Shown piece after piece: positions 8,784 through 18,162 of a stretch of DNA of 44,850 nucleotides; position 1 is the stretch's first letter, and each line of letters opens with the position of its first letter. The stretch comes from Escherichia phage phi458, in sequence record OP434518; one strand, given 5' to 3'. The notes beneath the pieces were generated by a model. The model did not search any database and was not told where the DNA came from. It saw only the letters and a program-made list of their open reading frames with translations. Position numbers and translations under genes: made by a program.

Positions 8784-9830
8784 TCACTCTGGTTCGCTGG
8801 GGAATATATTTATCAATTGCCCTGTTGAAATGTGCCCATTTTCTACAACCTCTAGGTATGAAATTTCAACAGTTGATTCTTTGGCTACAGCATTCAAAAA
8901 CTCAAGAAGCTCATCAGTAGATGTTATGTCGGCTGAGGTTTTTATGGTGAAAGATTCACCATTTGAAACCCTTATGACGTCAATATTTATGTCCTGATTT
9001 GTTTCTCCCGAGCGACGAACGCCCGTGACATAAAAGTTATCTCTTCTAGTTTCCTTTTTTCGATCAATTGATTGTCTTTGGTTTAAGGTATTTAACTGTT
9101 CTCTATTTACCACTCTCTGACCAATTGTTACCCTCTCAACTGACGAGTCTTGAGCAAGCTTTTTAAGCAACTTGCTTTTACCATCCTCGCCGTGAGCCAG
9201 AACCTCTCTGCTAATGTTTGTTTGACCGCTAATCAACAACTTGAGCACATTGTCTTGTGCTTCGTTTACCGCTTTGGTGCTTTTTTCCACCAATTGCACC
9301 TGAGAATCTTGGTCATGTCGCTGTGTTTCGTAGTACTCATTGATCCACTTATAGCCTACCGTGCTGGCAGCTAAGACGATAGCGGCGACGGCGCATAGTG
9401 CTTGCCTTCCTGTCATTTTGCCTATCGCTTGAGTAAACACTGTCACCACTCCGTTTACAATCGGATCTGAGTCACCATCCGCTTGGCTTGAGCCTTCGCT
9501 TATTCGGTAGACAATATCCAGCAAACCTTTCTCTGCATCTTTTAGCTTCTGCCGATTATGAGTGCTGTGACTGACTACCGTAAATGCTTTTTGTATTTCA
9601 TGCGTAAGCTCTGCCATACCAAAAAGCATTGACGCAGTCAATGAAGAATTATATCTATTTGGATCGCCTTTTACATTAATATTGATCTTTGGCCATCCAC
9701 TGAAAACTACGTTAGGGAATGTGAAGTCGCTTGAGTCGATATCCTTCCTTCCGAGCATTTCTGTTACAAAAGATACAAAGTCGTCTTCTGACTTGATAAC
9801 ATATTGCGCAGGTTGATCAATCGCTGACAT
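8784..9830 (-). CDS. Unrecognised 348-aa protein with central transmembrane segment, in the rexAB position
   Basis: Starts 25 bp after the cI stop on the same strand with an AAGGA RBS; hydrophobic segment ALCAVAAIVLAASTVGYKWI mid-protein; charged, coiled-coil-like C-terminal half; no family recognised. Confidence 0.75.
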   Translation of the reverse strand: MSAIDQPAQYVIKSEDDFVSFVTEMLGRKDIDSSDFTFPNVVFSGWPKININVKGDPNRYNSSLTASMLFGMAELTHEIQKAFTVVSHSTHNRQKLKDAEKGLLDIVYRISEGSSQADGDSDPIVNGVVTVFTQAIGKMTGRQALCAVAAIVLAASTVGYKWINEYYETQRHDQDSQVQLVEKSTKAVNEAQDNVLKLLISGQTNISREVLAHGEDGKSKLLKKLAQDSSVERVTIGQRVVNREQLNTLNQRQSIDRKKETRRDNFYVTGVRRSGETNQDINIDVIRVSNGESFTIKTSADITSTDELLEFLNAVAKESTVEISYLEVVENGHISTGQLINIFPSEPE

Positions 9831-9855
9831 TCTTAATCCTTAACATCCATTCCTA

Positions 9856-10515
9856 TCACCCAAACGTCTCTTCTGGCCACTGGCTGGCGATAACTTTCCC
9901 TACAACGGAACAGCTATCATTGCATGGGATCATTGGATATTGCGGGTTTAGTGGTTGTAGGAACACCTGACCGCTATCCCTGATCAGTTTCTTGAAGGTA
10001 AACTCGTCACCACCAAGTCTGGCTATGCAGAAATCACCTGGCTCAACAGCCTGCTCAGGGTCAACGAGAATTAACATCCCGTCAGGAAAGCTTGGCTTGG
10101 ATCCTGTTGGTGCGGTCATGGAATTACCTTCAACTTCAAGCCAAAACGCACAATCACTGGCTTTTTTGGTTGTGCTGACCCATCTCTCCGCATCACCTTT
10201 GGTAAAGGTTCTAAGCTCAGGCGAGAACATCCCGGCCTGAACATGAGAAAAAACAGGGTACTCATATTGTTTTTTAACGGGGGCAGATGAGTATTCGCCA
10301 ACAGGTGAAAATGTACCGTCGTGGTTGAATGAGACGTTATCAATACCAAGGTATTTAAACACCACACCAATCTCGTCAAGAGATGGATGACGAGATCCGC
10401 GCAACCAGTGACCAATTCCACCCTGCGTCATACCAAGCTCTTCAGCCAACTTCTCTTGAGTTATGCCGAGCTCTTTCATTCTGGATCTAGCCAGTTCATA
10501 CCATTTCATTTTCAT
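9856..10515 (-). CDS. cI: CI-type repressor (novel HTH N-domain, lambda-type LexA-like C-domain)
   Basis: C-terminal ~130 aa from [15 protein letters not shown] to the end match lambda CI as recalled; N-terminal [25 protein letters not shown] is different. Start chosen at MKMKWYEL; the ORF extends to 10590. Confidence 0.85.
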   Translation of the reverse strand: MKMKWYELARSRMKELGITQEKLAEELGMTQGGIGHWLRGSRHPSLDEIGVVFKYLGIDNVSFNHDGTFSPVGEYSSAPVKKQYEYPVFSHVQAGMFSPELRTFTKGDAERWVSTTKKASDCAFWLEVEGNSMTAPTGSKPSFPDGMLILVDPEQAVEPGDFCIARLGGDEFTFKKLIRDSGQVFLQPLNPQYPMIPCNDSCSVVGKVIASQWPEETFG

Positions 10516-10626
10516 ATCCTTATTATTACGCTCTGTACTAAAACCATCCATGCACAAGATGTATTTTTTGTTTGCATTCCAAAAGTACATATCGTATTAT
10601 TGTCTCATGGTTACTATGGAGGGCAT
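10516..10626. promoter_or_regulatory. OR/pR/pRM divergent control region
   Basis: Between divergent cI and cro; candidate pR TTGCAT-N17-TATTAT; repeated AGTAC..GTA half-sites resemble the pL palindrome. Confidence 0.55.
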
Positions 10627-10842
10627 ATGAGCAACCTACGAAAATATCGAGAGTCACTGAATATCTCTCAAACAACACTTGCTAAGGCGGTTGGATGCAC
10701 ACAGGGAGCTATTGGGCATTGGGAATCTGGTCGTCGCTTCCCAGACCTTAAAACATGCCGCGCTCTTGTTGCATGCCTAAACAAGTTAGGCGCAAAAGTC
10801 AGTCTTGATGACGTGTTCCCTCCGGAACACAAAGCCGCTTAA
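10627..10842 (+). CDS. cro: Cro-like HTH repressor (non-lambda)
   Basis: 71 aa, MSNLRKYRESLNISQTTLAKAVGCTQGAIGHWESG; GGAGGG RBS; divergent from cI. Confidence 0.8.
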   Translation: MSNLRKYRESLNISQTTLAKAVGCTQGAIGHWESGRRFPDLKTCRALVACLNKLGAKVSLDDVFPPEHKAA

Positions 10843-10850
10843 GACATTCC

Positions 10851-10882
10851 CGCTCTTACACATTCCAGCCCTGAAAAAGGGC
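10851..10882 (+). promoter_or_regulatory. nutR (boxA CGCTCTTAC, boxB GCCCTGAAAAAGGGC)
   Basis: Lambda-type boxA and boxB hairpin between cro and cII. Confidence 0.85.
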
Positions 10883-10961
10883 ATCAAATTAAACCACACC
10901 TATGGTGTATGCATTTATTTGCATACATTCAATCAATTGTTATCTAAGGAAATACTTACAT

Positions 10962-11255
10962 ATGGTTCGTGCAAACAAACGCAACGAGGCTCTACGAATC
11001 GAGAGTGCGTTGCTTAACAAAATCGCAATGCTTGGAACTGAGAAGACAGCGGAAGCTGTGGGAGTTGATAAGTCGCAGATCAGCAGGTGGAAGAGGGACT
11101 GGATTCCAAAGTTCTCAATGCTGCTTGCTGTTCTTGAATGGGGGGTCGTTGACGACGACATGGCTCGATTGGCGCGACAAGTTGCTGCGATTCTCACCAA
11201 TAAAAAACGCCCGGCGGCAACCGAGCGTTCTGAACAAATCCAGATGGAGTTCTGA
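10962..11255 (+). CDS. cII: CII transcriptional activator
   Basis: MVRANKRNEALRIESALLNKIAMLGTEKTAEAVGVDKSQISRWKRDWIPKF... matches lambda CII; the ORF-track N-terminal extension is rejected. Confidence 0.95.
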   Translation: MVRANKRNEALRIESALLNKIAMLGTEKTAEAVGVDKSQISRWKRDWIPKFSMLLAVLEWGVVDDDMARLARQVAAILTNKKRPAATERSEQIQMEF

Positions 11256-11277
11256 GGTCATTACTGGATCTATCAAC
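11199..11277 (-). ncRNA. oop: oop antisense RNA
   Basis: Minus strand reads GTTGATAGATCCAGTAATGACC...GTTGCCGCCGGGCGTTTTTTATT, matching lambda oop with its terminator, antisense to the cII 3' end. Confidence 0.8.
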
Positions 11278-11287
11278 AGGAGTCATT

Positions 11288-12187
11288 ATGACAAATACAG
11301 CAAAAATACTCAACTTCGGCAGAGGTAACTTTGCCGGACAGGAGCGTAATGTGGCAGATCTCGATGATGGTTACGCCAGACTATCAAATATGCTGCTTGA
11401 GGCTTATTCGGGCGCAGATCTGACCAAGCGACAGTTTAAAGTGCTGCTTGCCATTCTGCGTAAAACCTATGGGTGGAATAAACCAATGGACAGAATCACC
11501 GATTCTCAACTTAGCGAGATTACAAAGTTACCTGTCAAACGGTGCAATGAAGCCAAGTTAGAACTCGTCAGAATGAATATTATCAAGCAGCAAGGCGGCA
11601 TGTTTGGACCAAACAAAAACATCTCAGAATGGTGTATCCCTCAAAACGAGGGAAAATCCCCTAAAACGAGGGATAAAACATCCCTCAAATTGGGGGATTG
11701 CTATCCCTCAAAACAGGGGGACACAAAAGACACTATTACAAAAGAAAAAAGAAAAGATTATTCGTCCGAGAATTCTGGCGAATCCTCTGACCAGCCAGAA
11801 AACGATCTTTCTGTGGTTAAACCGGATGCTGCAATTCAGAGCGGCAGCAAGTGGGGAACAGCAGAAGACCTGACCGCCGCAGAGTGGATGTTTGACATGG
11901 TGAAGACCATCGCGCCATCAGCCAGAAAACCGAATTTTGCTGGGTGGGCTAACGATATCCGCCTGATGCGTGAACGTGACGGACGTAACCACCGCGATAT
12001 GTGTGTGCTTTTCCGCTGGGCCTGCCAGGACAACTTCTGGTCCGGTAACGTGCTGAGTCCGGCCAAACTCCGCGACAAGTGGACCCAGCTCGAAATCAAC
12101 CGTAACAAGCAACAGGCAGGCGTGACAGCCAGCAAACCAAAACTCGACCTGACAAACACTGACTGGATTTACGGGGTGGATTTATGA
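11288..12187 (+). CDS. O: Replication initiator O
   Basis: 299 aa matching lambda O; contains the iteron array. Confidence 0.95.
   Translation: MTNTAKILNFGRGNFAGQERNVADLDDGYARLSNMLLEAYSGADLTKRQFKVLLAILRKTYGWNKPMDRITDSQLSEITKLPVKRCNEAKLELVRMNIIKQQGGMFGPNKNISEWCIPQNEGKSPKTRDKTSLKLGDCYPSKQGDTKDTITKEKRKDYSSENSGESSDQPENDLSVVKPDAAIQSGSKWGTAEDLTAAEWMFDMVKTIAPSARKPNFAGWANDIRLMRERDGRNHRDMCVLFRWACQDNFWSGNVLSPAKLRDKWTQLEINRNKQQAGVTASKPKLDLTNTDWIYGVDL
11636..11765 (+). other. Replication origin (four iterons plus AT-rich region) inside O
   Basis: Four tandem ~18-bp repeats of the TCCCTCAAAACGAGGGA type followed by an A-rich stretch. Confidence 0.85.
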
Positions 12188-12885
12188 AAAACATCGCCGC
12201 ACAGATGGTTAACTTTGACCGTGAGCAGATGCGTCGGATCGCCAACAACATGCCGGAACAGTACGACGAAAAGCCGCAGGTACAACAGGTAGCGCAGATC
12301 ATCAATGGTGTGTTCAGCCAGTTACTGGCAACTTTCCCGGCGAGCCTGGCTAACCGGGACCAGAACGAACTGAACGAAATCCGCCGCCAGTGGGTGCTGG
12401 CTTTCCGGGAAAACGGGATCACCACAATGGAACAGGTTAACGCAGGAATGCGCGTAGCCCGTCGGCAGAATCGACCATTTCTGCCATCACCCGGGCAGTT
12501 TGTTGCATGGTGCCGGGAAGAAGCATCCGTTATCGCCGGACTGCCAAACGTCAGCGAGCTGGTTGATATGGTTTACGAGTATTGCCGGAAGCGAGGCCTG
12601 TATCCGGATGCGGAGTCTTATCCGTGGAAATCAAACGCGCACTACTGGCTGGTTACCAACCTGTATCAGAACATGCGGGCCAATGCGCTTACTGATGCGG
12701 AATTACGCCGTAAGGCCGCAGATGAGCTTGTCCATATGACTGCGAGAATTAACCATGGTGAGGCGATCCCTGAACCAGTAAAACAACTTCCTGTCATGGG
12801 CGGTAGACCTCTAAATCGTGCACAGGCTCTGGCGAAGATCGCAGAAATCAAAGCTAAGTTCGGACTGAAAGGAGCAAGTGTATGA
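12184..12885 (+). CDS. P: Replication protein P (DnaB loader)
   Basis: 233 aa matching lambda P. Confidence 0.95.
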   Translation: MKNIAAQMVNFDREQMRRIANNMPEQYDEKPQVQQVAQIINGVFSQLLATFPASLANRDQNELNEIRRQWVLAFRENGITTMEQVNAGMRVARRQNRPFLPSPGQFVAWCREEASVIAGLPNVSELVDMVYEYCRKRGLYPDAESYPWKSNAHYWLVTNLYQNMRANALTDAELRRKAADELVHMTARINHGEAIPEPVKQLPVMGGRPLNRAQALAKIAEIKAKFGLKGASV

Positions 12886-13172
12886 CGGGCAAAGAGGCAA
12901 TTATTCATTACCTGGGGACGCATAATAGCTTCTGTGCGCCGGACGTTGCCGCGCTAACAGGCGCAACAGTAACCAGCATAAATCAGGCCGCGGCTAAAAT
13001 GGCACGGGCAGGTCTTCTGGTTATCGAAGGTAAGGTCTGGCGAACGGTGTATTACCGGTTTGCTACCAGGGAAGAACGGGAAGGAAAGATGAGCACGAAC
13101 CTGATTTTTAAGGAGTGTCGCCAGAGTGCCGCGATGAAACGGGTATTGGCGGTATATGGAGTTAAAAGATGA
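12882..13172 (+). CDS. ren: Ren
   Basis: 96 aa matching lambda Ren. Confidence 0.85.
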   Translation: MTGKEAIIHYLGTHNSFCAPDVAALTGATVTSINQAAAKMARAGLLVIEGKVWRTVYYRFATREEREGKMSTNLIFKECRQSAAMKRVLAVYGVKR

Positions 13173-13197
13173 CCATCTACATCACTGAGCTAATAAC

Positions 13198-13228
13198 AGG
13201 CCTGCTGGTAATCGCAGGCCTTTTTATT
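13198..13228 (+). terminator. tR2-like intrinsic terminator before the nin region
   Basis: Hairpin AGGCCTGC-tggtaatc-GCAGGCCT followed by a T-run. Confidence 0.6.
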
Positions 13229-13245
13229 TGGGGGAGAGGGAAGTC

Positions 13246-13686
13246 ATGAAAAAACTAACCTTTGAAATTCGATCTCCAGCACATCAGCAAAACGCTATTC
13301 ACGCGGTACAGCAAATTCTTCCAGACCCAACCAAACCAATCGTAGTAACCATTCAGGAACGCAACCGCAGCTTAGACCAGAATCGAAAGCTTTGGGCTTG
13401 CCTTGGTGACGTCTCTCGTCAGGTTGAATGGCATGGTCGCTGGCTGGATGCAGAAAGCTGGAAGTGTGTGTTTACCGCAGCATTAAAGCAGCAGGATGTT
13501 GTTCCTAACCTTGCCGGGAATGGCTTTGTGGTAATAGGCCAGTCAACCAGCAGGATGCGTGTAAGCGAATTTGCGGAGCTATTAGAGCTTATACAGGCAT
13601 TCGGTACAGAGCGTGGCGTTAAGTGGTCGGACGAAGCGCGACTGGCTCTCGAATGGAAAGCGCGATGGGGAGACAGGGCGGCATGA
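13246..13686 (+). CDS. ninB: NinB (Orf recombination mediator)
   Basis: [55 protein letters not shown]... matches lambda NinB; GGGAGAGGG RBS. Confidence 0.9.
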   Translation: MKKLTFEIRSPAHQQNAIHAVQQILPDPTKPIVVTIQERNRSLDQNRKLWACLGDVSRQVEWHGRWLDAESWKCVFTAALKQQDVVPNLAGNGFVVIGQSTSRMRVSEFAELLELIQAFGTERGVKWSDEARLALEWKARWGDRAA

Positions 13687-13865
13687 GACGACAGCGACGA
13701 AGTATCACCGACATCATCTGCGAAAACTGCAAATACCTTCCAACGAAACGCTCCAGAAATAAACGCAAGCCAATCCCAAAAGAATCTGACGTAAAAACCT
13801 TCAACTACACGGCTCACCTGTGGGATATCCGGTGGCTAAGACATCGTGCGAGGAATACAAGGTGA
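13683..13865 (+). CDS. ninE: NinE
   Basis: [52 protein letters not shown] matches lambda NinE; ATGA overlap with ninB. ninC and ninD are absent. Confidence 0.85.
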   Translation: MRRQRRSITDIICENCKYLPTKRSRNKRKPIPKESDVKTFNYTAHLWDIRWLRHRARNTR

Positions 13866-14032
13866 TTGACCCAAATCGAAGTTACGAACAAGAAAGCGTC
13901 GAGCGGGCTTTAACGTGCGCTAATTGCGGTCAGAAGCTGCATGTGCTGGAAGTTCACGTGTGTGAGTACTGCTGTGCAGAGCTGATGAGCGATTCGAATA
14001 GCTCGATGCACGAGGAAGAAGACGATGGCTAA
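13862..14032 (+). CDS. ninF: NinF (GTG start inferred)
   Basis: [44 protein letters not shown] matches lambda NinF; the track ORF starts at 13820. Confidence 0.75.
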   Translation: MIDPNRSYEQESVERALTCANCGQKLHVLEVHVCEYCCAELMSDSNSSMHEEEDDG

Positions 14033-14636
14033 ACCAGCGCGAAGACGATGTAAAAACGATGAATGTCGGGAATGGTTTCACCCTGCATTCGCCAATCAGT
14101 GGTGGTGCTCTCCAGAGTGTGGAACCAAGATAGCACTCGAACGACGAAGCAAAGAACGCGAAAAAGCGGAAAAGGCAGCAGAGAAGAAACGACGACGAGA
14201 GGAGCAGAAACAGAAAGATAAACTTAAGATTCGAAAACTCGCCTTAAAGCCCCGCAGTTACTGGATTAAACAAGCCCAACAAGCCGTAAATGCCTTCATC
14301 AGAGAAAGAGACCGCGACTTACCATGTATCTCGTGCGGAACGCTCACGTCTGCTCAGTGGGATGCCGGGCATTACCGGACAACTGCTGCGGCGCCTCAAC
14401 TCCGATTTGATGAACGCAATATTCACAAGCAATGCGTGGTGTGCAACCAGCACAAAAGCGGAAATCTCGTTCCGTATCGCGTCGAACTGATTAACCGCAT
14501 CGGGCAGGAAGCAGTAGACGAAATCGAATCAAACCATAACCGCCATCGCTGGACTGTCGAAGAGTGCAGGGCCATCAAGGCGGAGTATCAACAGAAACTT
14601 AAAAAACTGCGAAACAGCAGAAGTGAGGCTGCATGA
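14025..14636 (+). CDS. ninG: NinG (Rap-like recombination endonuclease)
   Basis: 203 aa matching lambda NinG. Confidence 0.9.
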   Translation: MAKPARRRCKNDECREWFHPAFANQWWCSPECGTKIALERRSKEREKAEKAAEKKRRREEQKQKDKLKIRKLALKPRSYWIKQAQQAVNAFIRERDRDLPCISCGTLTSAQWDAGHYRTTAAAPQLRFDERNIHKQCVVCNQHKSGNLVPYRVELINRIGQEAVDEIESNHNRHRWTVEECRAIKAEYQQKLKKLRNSRSEAA

Positions 14637-15304
14637 ATATCTACGAAAGAATTGATGGCAGCAAATACCGAAATATTTGGGTAGTTGGCGATCTGCACGG
14701 ATGCTACACGAACCTGATGAACAAACTGGATACGATTGGATTCGACAACAAAAAAGACCTGCTTATCTCGGTGGGCGATTTGGTTGATCGTGGTGCAGAG
14801 AACGTTGAATGCCTGGAATTAATCACATTCCCCTGGTTCAGAGCTGTACGTGGAAACCATGAGCAAATGATGATTGATGGCTTATCAGAGCGTGGAAACG
14901 TTAATCACTGGCTGCTTAATGGCGGTGGCTGGTTCTTTAATCTCGATTACGACAAAGAAATTCTGGCTAAAGCTCTTGCCCATAAAGCAGAAGAACTTCC
15001 GTTAATCATCGAACTGGTGAGTAAAGGTAAAAAATATGTCATCTGCCACGCCGATTATCCTTGTGACGAATACAAATTTGGAAAGCCAGTTGATCATCAG
15101 CAGGTAATCTGGAACCGCGAACGAATCAGCAACTCACAAGACGGGATCGTTAAAGAAATTAAAGGCGCGGACACGTTTATCTTTGGTCATACGCCAGCAG
15201 TGAAACCACTCAAATTTGCCAACCAGATGTATATCGATACTGGGGCAGTGTTCTGCGGAAATCTCACATTGATTCAGGTACAGGGAGAAGGCGCGTGGGC
15301 ATAA
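14633..15304 (+). CDS. ninI: NinI Ser/Thr protein phosphatase
   Basis: Metallophosphatase motifs GDLHG, GDLVDRG, GNHE; matches lambda orf221. ninH is absent. Confidence 0.9.
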   Translation: MNIYERIDGSKYRNIWVVGDLHGCYTNLMNKLDTIGFDNKKDLLISVGDLVDRGAENVECLELITFPWFRAVRGNHEQMMIDGLSERGNVNHWLLNGGGWFFNLDYDKEILAKALAHKAEELPLIIELVSKGKKYVICHADYPCDEYKFGKPVDHQQVIWNRERISNSQDGIVKEIKGADTFIFGHTPAVKPLKFANQMYIDTGAVFCGNLTLIQVQGEGAWA

Positions 15305-15783
15305 GAGAACTAAACCTCACCAAAGAACAGCATGAGTGGCTGAATGGCTGGCTTGAACTGTGGGGCGCATGGGTTTATTCAGGTCGTCTGGAAAAGCGCA
15401 TGAGCAGCGTAATAGCGAAGTTCATGGAGAGCGTAGAGCCGGGAAGAGTTATGACAAGGCCAATGTGTAATGATGATGATGGAATGTTGATTTCTCAGGT
15501 CGTCGATTCCGTCATGTACATTGACAAGAAAGCCTTTGGAATCCTCCTCAGCTACTACGCTCATGGCTCTTCCAAGCACGCCATTGCATCTTACTATCAT
15601 CGCGTCGCAAGACCTCGCAAGATGTTATGCCGTGGCGGCGGGCGCATTCAAAAACCATCGCTCGCAACCTGTCGACGGGAAGTTGACGAAATCCTTAATG
15701 CCTCGTTGTTTATGATTTACCCGGTTCTGGATAGTGCGTTTAAAAATCGGAAACGTGTAGAGAAAATTAAACATGTAGCATAG
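15295..15783 (+). CDS. Q: Late-gene antiterminator Q (non-lambda type)
   Basis: 162-aa ORF in the Q position after nin, followed by a promoter and terminator hairpin; sequence unlike lambda Q; lies next to a phage-21-type lysis cassette. Confidence 0.7.
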   Translation: MGIRELNLTKEQHEWLNGWLELWGAWVYSGRLEKRMSSVIAKFMESVEPGRVMTRPMCNDDDGMLISQVVDSVMYIDKKAFGILLSYYAHGSSKHAIASYYHRVARPRKMLCRGGGRIQKPSLATCRREVDEILNASLFMIYPVLDSAFKNRKRVEKIKHVA

Positions 15784-15789
15784 AACGTG

Positions 15790-15870
15790 TTGACATCATT
15801 GAGCAAATGAGCAACACTATTGGCATAAGCTGCCGTTAGTGACTCTTAAGTTGCAACGGTGGCTTTTTTT
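15790..15870 (+). promoter_or_regulatory. Candidate pR' promoter and tR' terminator
   Basis: TTGACA at 15790-15795; hairpin CCGTT...AACGG followed by TTTTTTT around 15830-15870. Confidence 0.5.
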
Positions 15871-15874
15871 ATTT

Positions 15875-15949
15875 GGGTCAGTCGCATAAAGGTCATTACG
15901 GAAGGCTGTTAACCTTCTTATCGTGGTTCGAGTCCACGCTGTCCCGCCA
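15875..15949 (+). tRNA. tRNA-like element with GTT (Asn-type) anticodon arm and degenerate D-arm; possible pseudo-tRNA
   Basis: Good anticodon stem GAAGG/CCTTC with loop CTGTTAA, T-arm CGTGG-TTCGAGT-CCACG, acceptor GGGTCAG/CTGTCCC with one mismatch, CCA end; D-stem pairs poorly. Confidence 0.4.
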
Positions 15950-15954
15950 AATAT

Positions 15955-16030
15955 GCTGGTTTAGCTCCAATGGTAGAGCAGTCGCCTTGTAAGCGAATGG
16001 GTAGCGGTTCAAGTCCGTTAACCAGCACCA
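15955..16030 (+). tRNA. Phage tRNA, anticodon TGT by hand folding (Thr-type)
   Basis: 76 nt; perfect 7-bp acceptor stem GCTGGTT/AACCAGC, D-stem GCTC/GAGC, anticodon loop CTTGTAA, T-loop TTCAAGT, CCA end. Confidence 0.7.
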
Positions 16031-16148
16031 TAACTGAGCCGTAGCCACTGGCTATCCTGAACTCATCAGTGATAGTTATGCCGCGGCCTTCTTTTTTCCC
16101 CTTCCCAATATAAGAACTACGCAATCCGTTACTTGCGGAGGCGTTGCT

Positions 16149-16364
16149 ATGAAATCAATGGACAAAATCTCTACTGGCATTGCCTACGGAACATCCGCTG
16201 GTAGTGCGGGATACTGGTTTTTACAGTGGTTGGATCAGGTCAGTCCGTCACAGTGGGCTGCAATTGGTGTGCTGGGAAGTCTAGTTCTGGGCTTTTTGAC
16301 TTATCTGACAAATCTGTACTTCAAAATCAGAGAAGACAGAAGAAAGGCTGCGAGAGGTGAATAA
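16149..16364 (+). CDS. S: Phage-21-type pinholin S (dual start MKSMDK)
   Basis: 71 aa [71 protein letters not shown], recalled as S21. Confidence 0.9.
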   Translation: MKSMDKISTGIAYGTSAGSAGYWFLQWLDQVSPSQWAAIGVLGSLVLGFLTYLTNLYFKIREDRRKAARGE

Positions 16365-16861
16365 TGCCTCCGTCATTACGAAAAGCTGTTGCAGCTGCTA
16401 TTGGTGGCGGGGCTATTGCTATAGCATCAGTGTTAATCACTGGTCCAGGTGGTAACGATGGTCTGGAAGGTGTCAGCTACATACCATACAAAGATATCGT
16501 TGGCGTATGGACTGTATGTCACGGACACACCGGAAAAGACATCATGCTAGGTAAAACGTATACCGAAGCAGAATGCAAAGCCCTCCTGAATAAAGACCTT
16601 GCCACGGTCGCCAGACAAATTAACCCGTACATCAAAGTCGATATACCGGAAACAACGCGCGGCGCTCTTTACTCGTTCGTCTACAACGTGGGTGCTGGCA
16701 ATTTCAGAACATCGACGCTTCTTCGCAAAATCAACCAGGGCGATATCAAAGGCGCATGTGACCAGCTACGTCGCTGGACATACGCTGGCGGTAAGCAATG
16801 GAAAGGCCTGATGACTCGTCGTGAGATTGAGCGTGAAGTCTGTTTGTGGGGGCAACAATGA
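16364..16861 (+). CDS. R: SAR endolysin (lysozyme with N-terminal signal-anchor-release domain)
   Basis: 165 aa; N-terminal Gly/Ala-rich weakly hydrophobic segment [20 protein letters not shown]; lysozyme core; start overlaps the S stop. Confidence 0.9.
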   Translation: MPPSLRKAVAAAIGGGAIAIASVLITGPGGNDGLEGVSYIPYKDIVGVWTVCHGHTGKDIMLGKTYTEAECKALLNKDLATVARQINPYIKVDIPETTRGALYSFVYNVGAGNFRTSTLLRKINQGDIKGACDQLRRWTYAGGKQWKGLMTRREIEREVCLWGQQ

Positions 16862-17325
16862 GCAGAGTAACCGCGATTATCTCCGCTCTGGTTATCTGCA
16901 TCATCGTCTGCCTGTCGTGGGCGGTCAATCATTACCGTGATAACGCCATCGCCTACAAAGAACAGCGTGATAAAAAAGTCAGTGAGCTGAAGCAGGCGAC
17001 CGCCACCATCGCTGACATGCAGCAGCGTCAGCGTGATGTTGCTGCGATCGATGCAAAATACACGAAGGAGTTAGCCGATGCGAAAACTGAAAATGAAACT
17101 CTGCGCGCTGATGTTGCCGCTGGTCGTAAGCGCCTGCGGGTCAATGCCAGTTGCTCCGCAGCCGTGCGTGAAGCCACCGGACCCACCAGCATGGATAATG
17201 CAACCAGCCCCCGACTGGCAGACACCGCTGAACGGGATTATTTCACCCTCAGAGAACGGTTGATGACGATGCAGAAGCAACTGGAAGGGGCGCAGGAATA
17301 TATCCGCACCCAGCGCATTAAGTAG
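16858..17325 (+). CDS. Rz: Rz i-spanin
   Basis: [34 protein letters not shown]... with N-terminal TM and coiled coil; ATGA overlap with R. Confidence 0.85.
   Translation: MSRVTAIISALVICIIVCLSWAVNHYRDNAIAYKEQRDKKVSELKQATATIADMQQRQRDVAAIDAKYTKELADAKTENETLRADVAAGRKRLRVNASCSAAVREATGPTSMDNATSPRLADTAERDYFTLRERLMTMQKQLEGAQEYIRTQRIK
17078..17263 (+). CDS. Rz1: Rz1 o-spanin lipoprotein, embedded in Rz
   Basis: 61 aa, lipobox LVVSAC, proline-rich, wholly inside Rz in another frame. Confidence 0.85.
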   Translation: MRKLKMKLCALMLPLVVSACGSMPVAPQPCVKPPDPPAWIMQPAPDWQTPLNGIISPSENG

Positions 17326-17346
17326 CTGGAGAAAAAACACGAATCT

Positions 17347-17709
17347 GTGGTTTTTACTGAGCGCGGTGTACACGGTGGAACATATGGCGGGAAGTTTGTT
17401 GCTTATGATTATGCAGCATGGCTAAACCCCGGATTTAAATATGCAGCCTATAAAGTCCTGGATGACTACTTCACCGGAGAACTTCAGCATCGCAACAGCT
17501 TAAGTGCGCAGCTCAATATGAAGTGTCATGAGTTTGATCAGAAAAAAGATATGGCGAGCTTCTGTGGACAAGGGCTGGCGGCATGGCGCTATACGAAGCC
17601 AGTGTTGGTCGCTGAGATTAACTCCCTGGCTAACCAGCTGCAGATAACGATCCCCGGGCTGTCCGGTATTTGCCGGTATGAAATTACCGGAAGGCGCGGT
17701 CGTTACTGA
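17347..17709 (+). CDS. Hypothetical protein between lysis cassette and cos
   Basis: 120-aa ORF; function not determinable from sequence. Confidence 0.4.
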   Translation: MVFTERGVHGGTYGGKFVAYDYAAWLNPGFKYAAYKVLDDYFTGELQHRNSLSAQLNMKCHEFDQKKDMASFCGQGLAAWRYTKPVLVAEINSLANQLQITIPGLSGICRYEITGRRGRY

Positions 17710-17929
17710 GTAACAGCAGGCATTACAGCAGCCCTTCACTGAGGGGCTGCGATAATGTGAGGAATAAAAAACCGGCAGGGGAAATCCATTGAAGATTTGC
17801 CGGTGGCAAAAGATGGCCATGCTTTTAACCTTAGTAGCAGAGTTACGGAGTTCAACAACGACCGTCGCCGTTATCTTGCTGAAAGGCGTTTCAATGATTT
17901 TCATCAATTTATTCATCAGCAATGGTGAT

Positions 17930-18160
17930 AATCACTCTCATTTTGGCGGGTCCTTCCGGTGGGGTGGCCTGCCACGGGGCGGGAGCGTCGCGGAAAAAGG
18001 CTAGTTTTTGAAATTTCATTCGTCATCACCACCACTGTAATAGATTGATATTACAGTGGTTTTATTTTTATGGTGTCGATTTTGATTGTTTTTTGTTCAT
18101 CACTAACACCGTTTGCCTAAAGTTGTTCGCAAGATGCATGTTTAAAACATTCTGGAGCGG
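17930..18160 (+). other. Putative cos region upstream of small terminase
   Basis: GC-rich GGGGCGGGAGCGTCGCGG resembles the lambda cosN context GGGCGGCGACCTCGCGG; followed by AT-rich segments and TTCGTCAT like lambda cosB. Confidence 0.45.
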
Positions 18161-18162
18161 GT

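Noticed and set aside
10387-10626. Upstream extension of the cro ORF to 10387
   Set aside because: Runs through the operator/promoter region and antisense across the cI start; cro starts at ATG 10627 with a GGAGGG RBS.
16030-16149. Possible Shiga-toxin locus, because Q-tRNA-holin is where Stx phages carry stxAB
   Set aside because: Only about 118 bp separate the second tRNA from the holin start; no ORF is present.
17500-17922. 140-aa minus-strand ORF after the lysis genes, considered as bor
   Set aside because: No signal peptide or lipobox; overlaps a plus-strand ORF; looks like a chance ORF.
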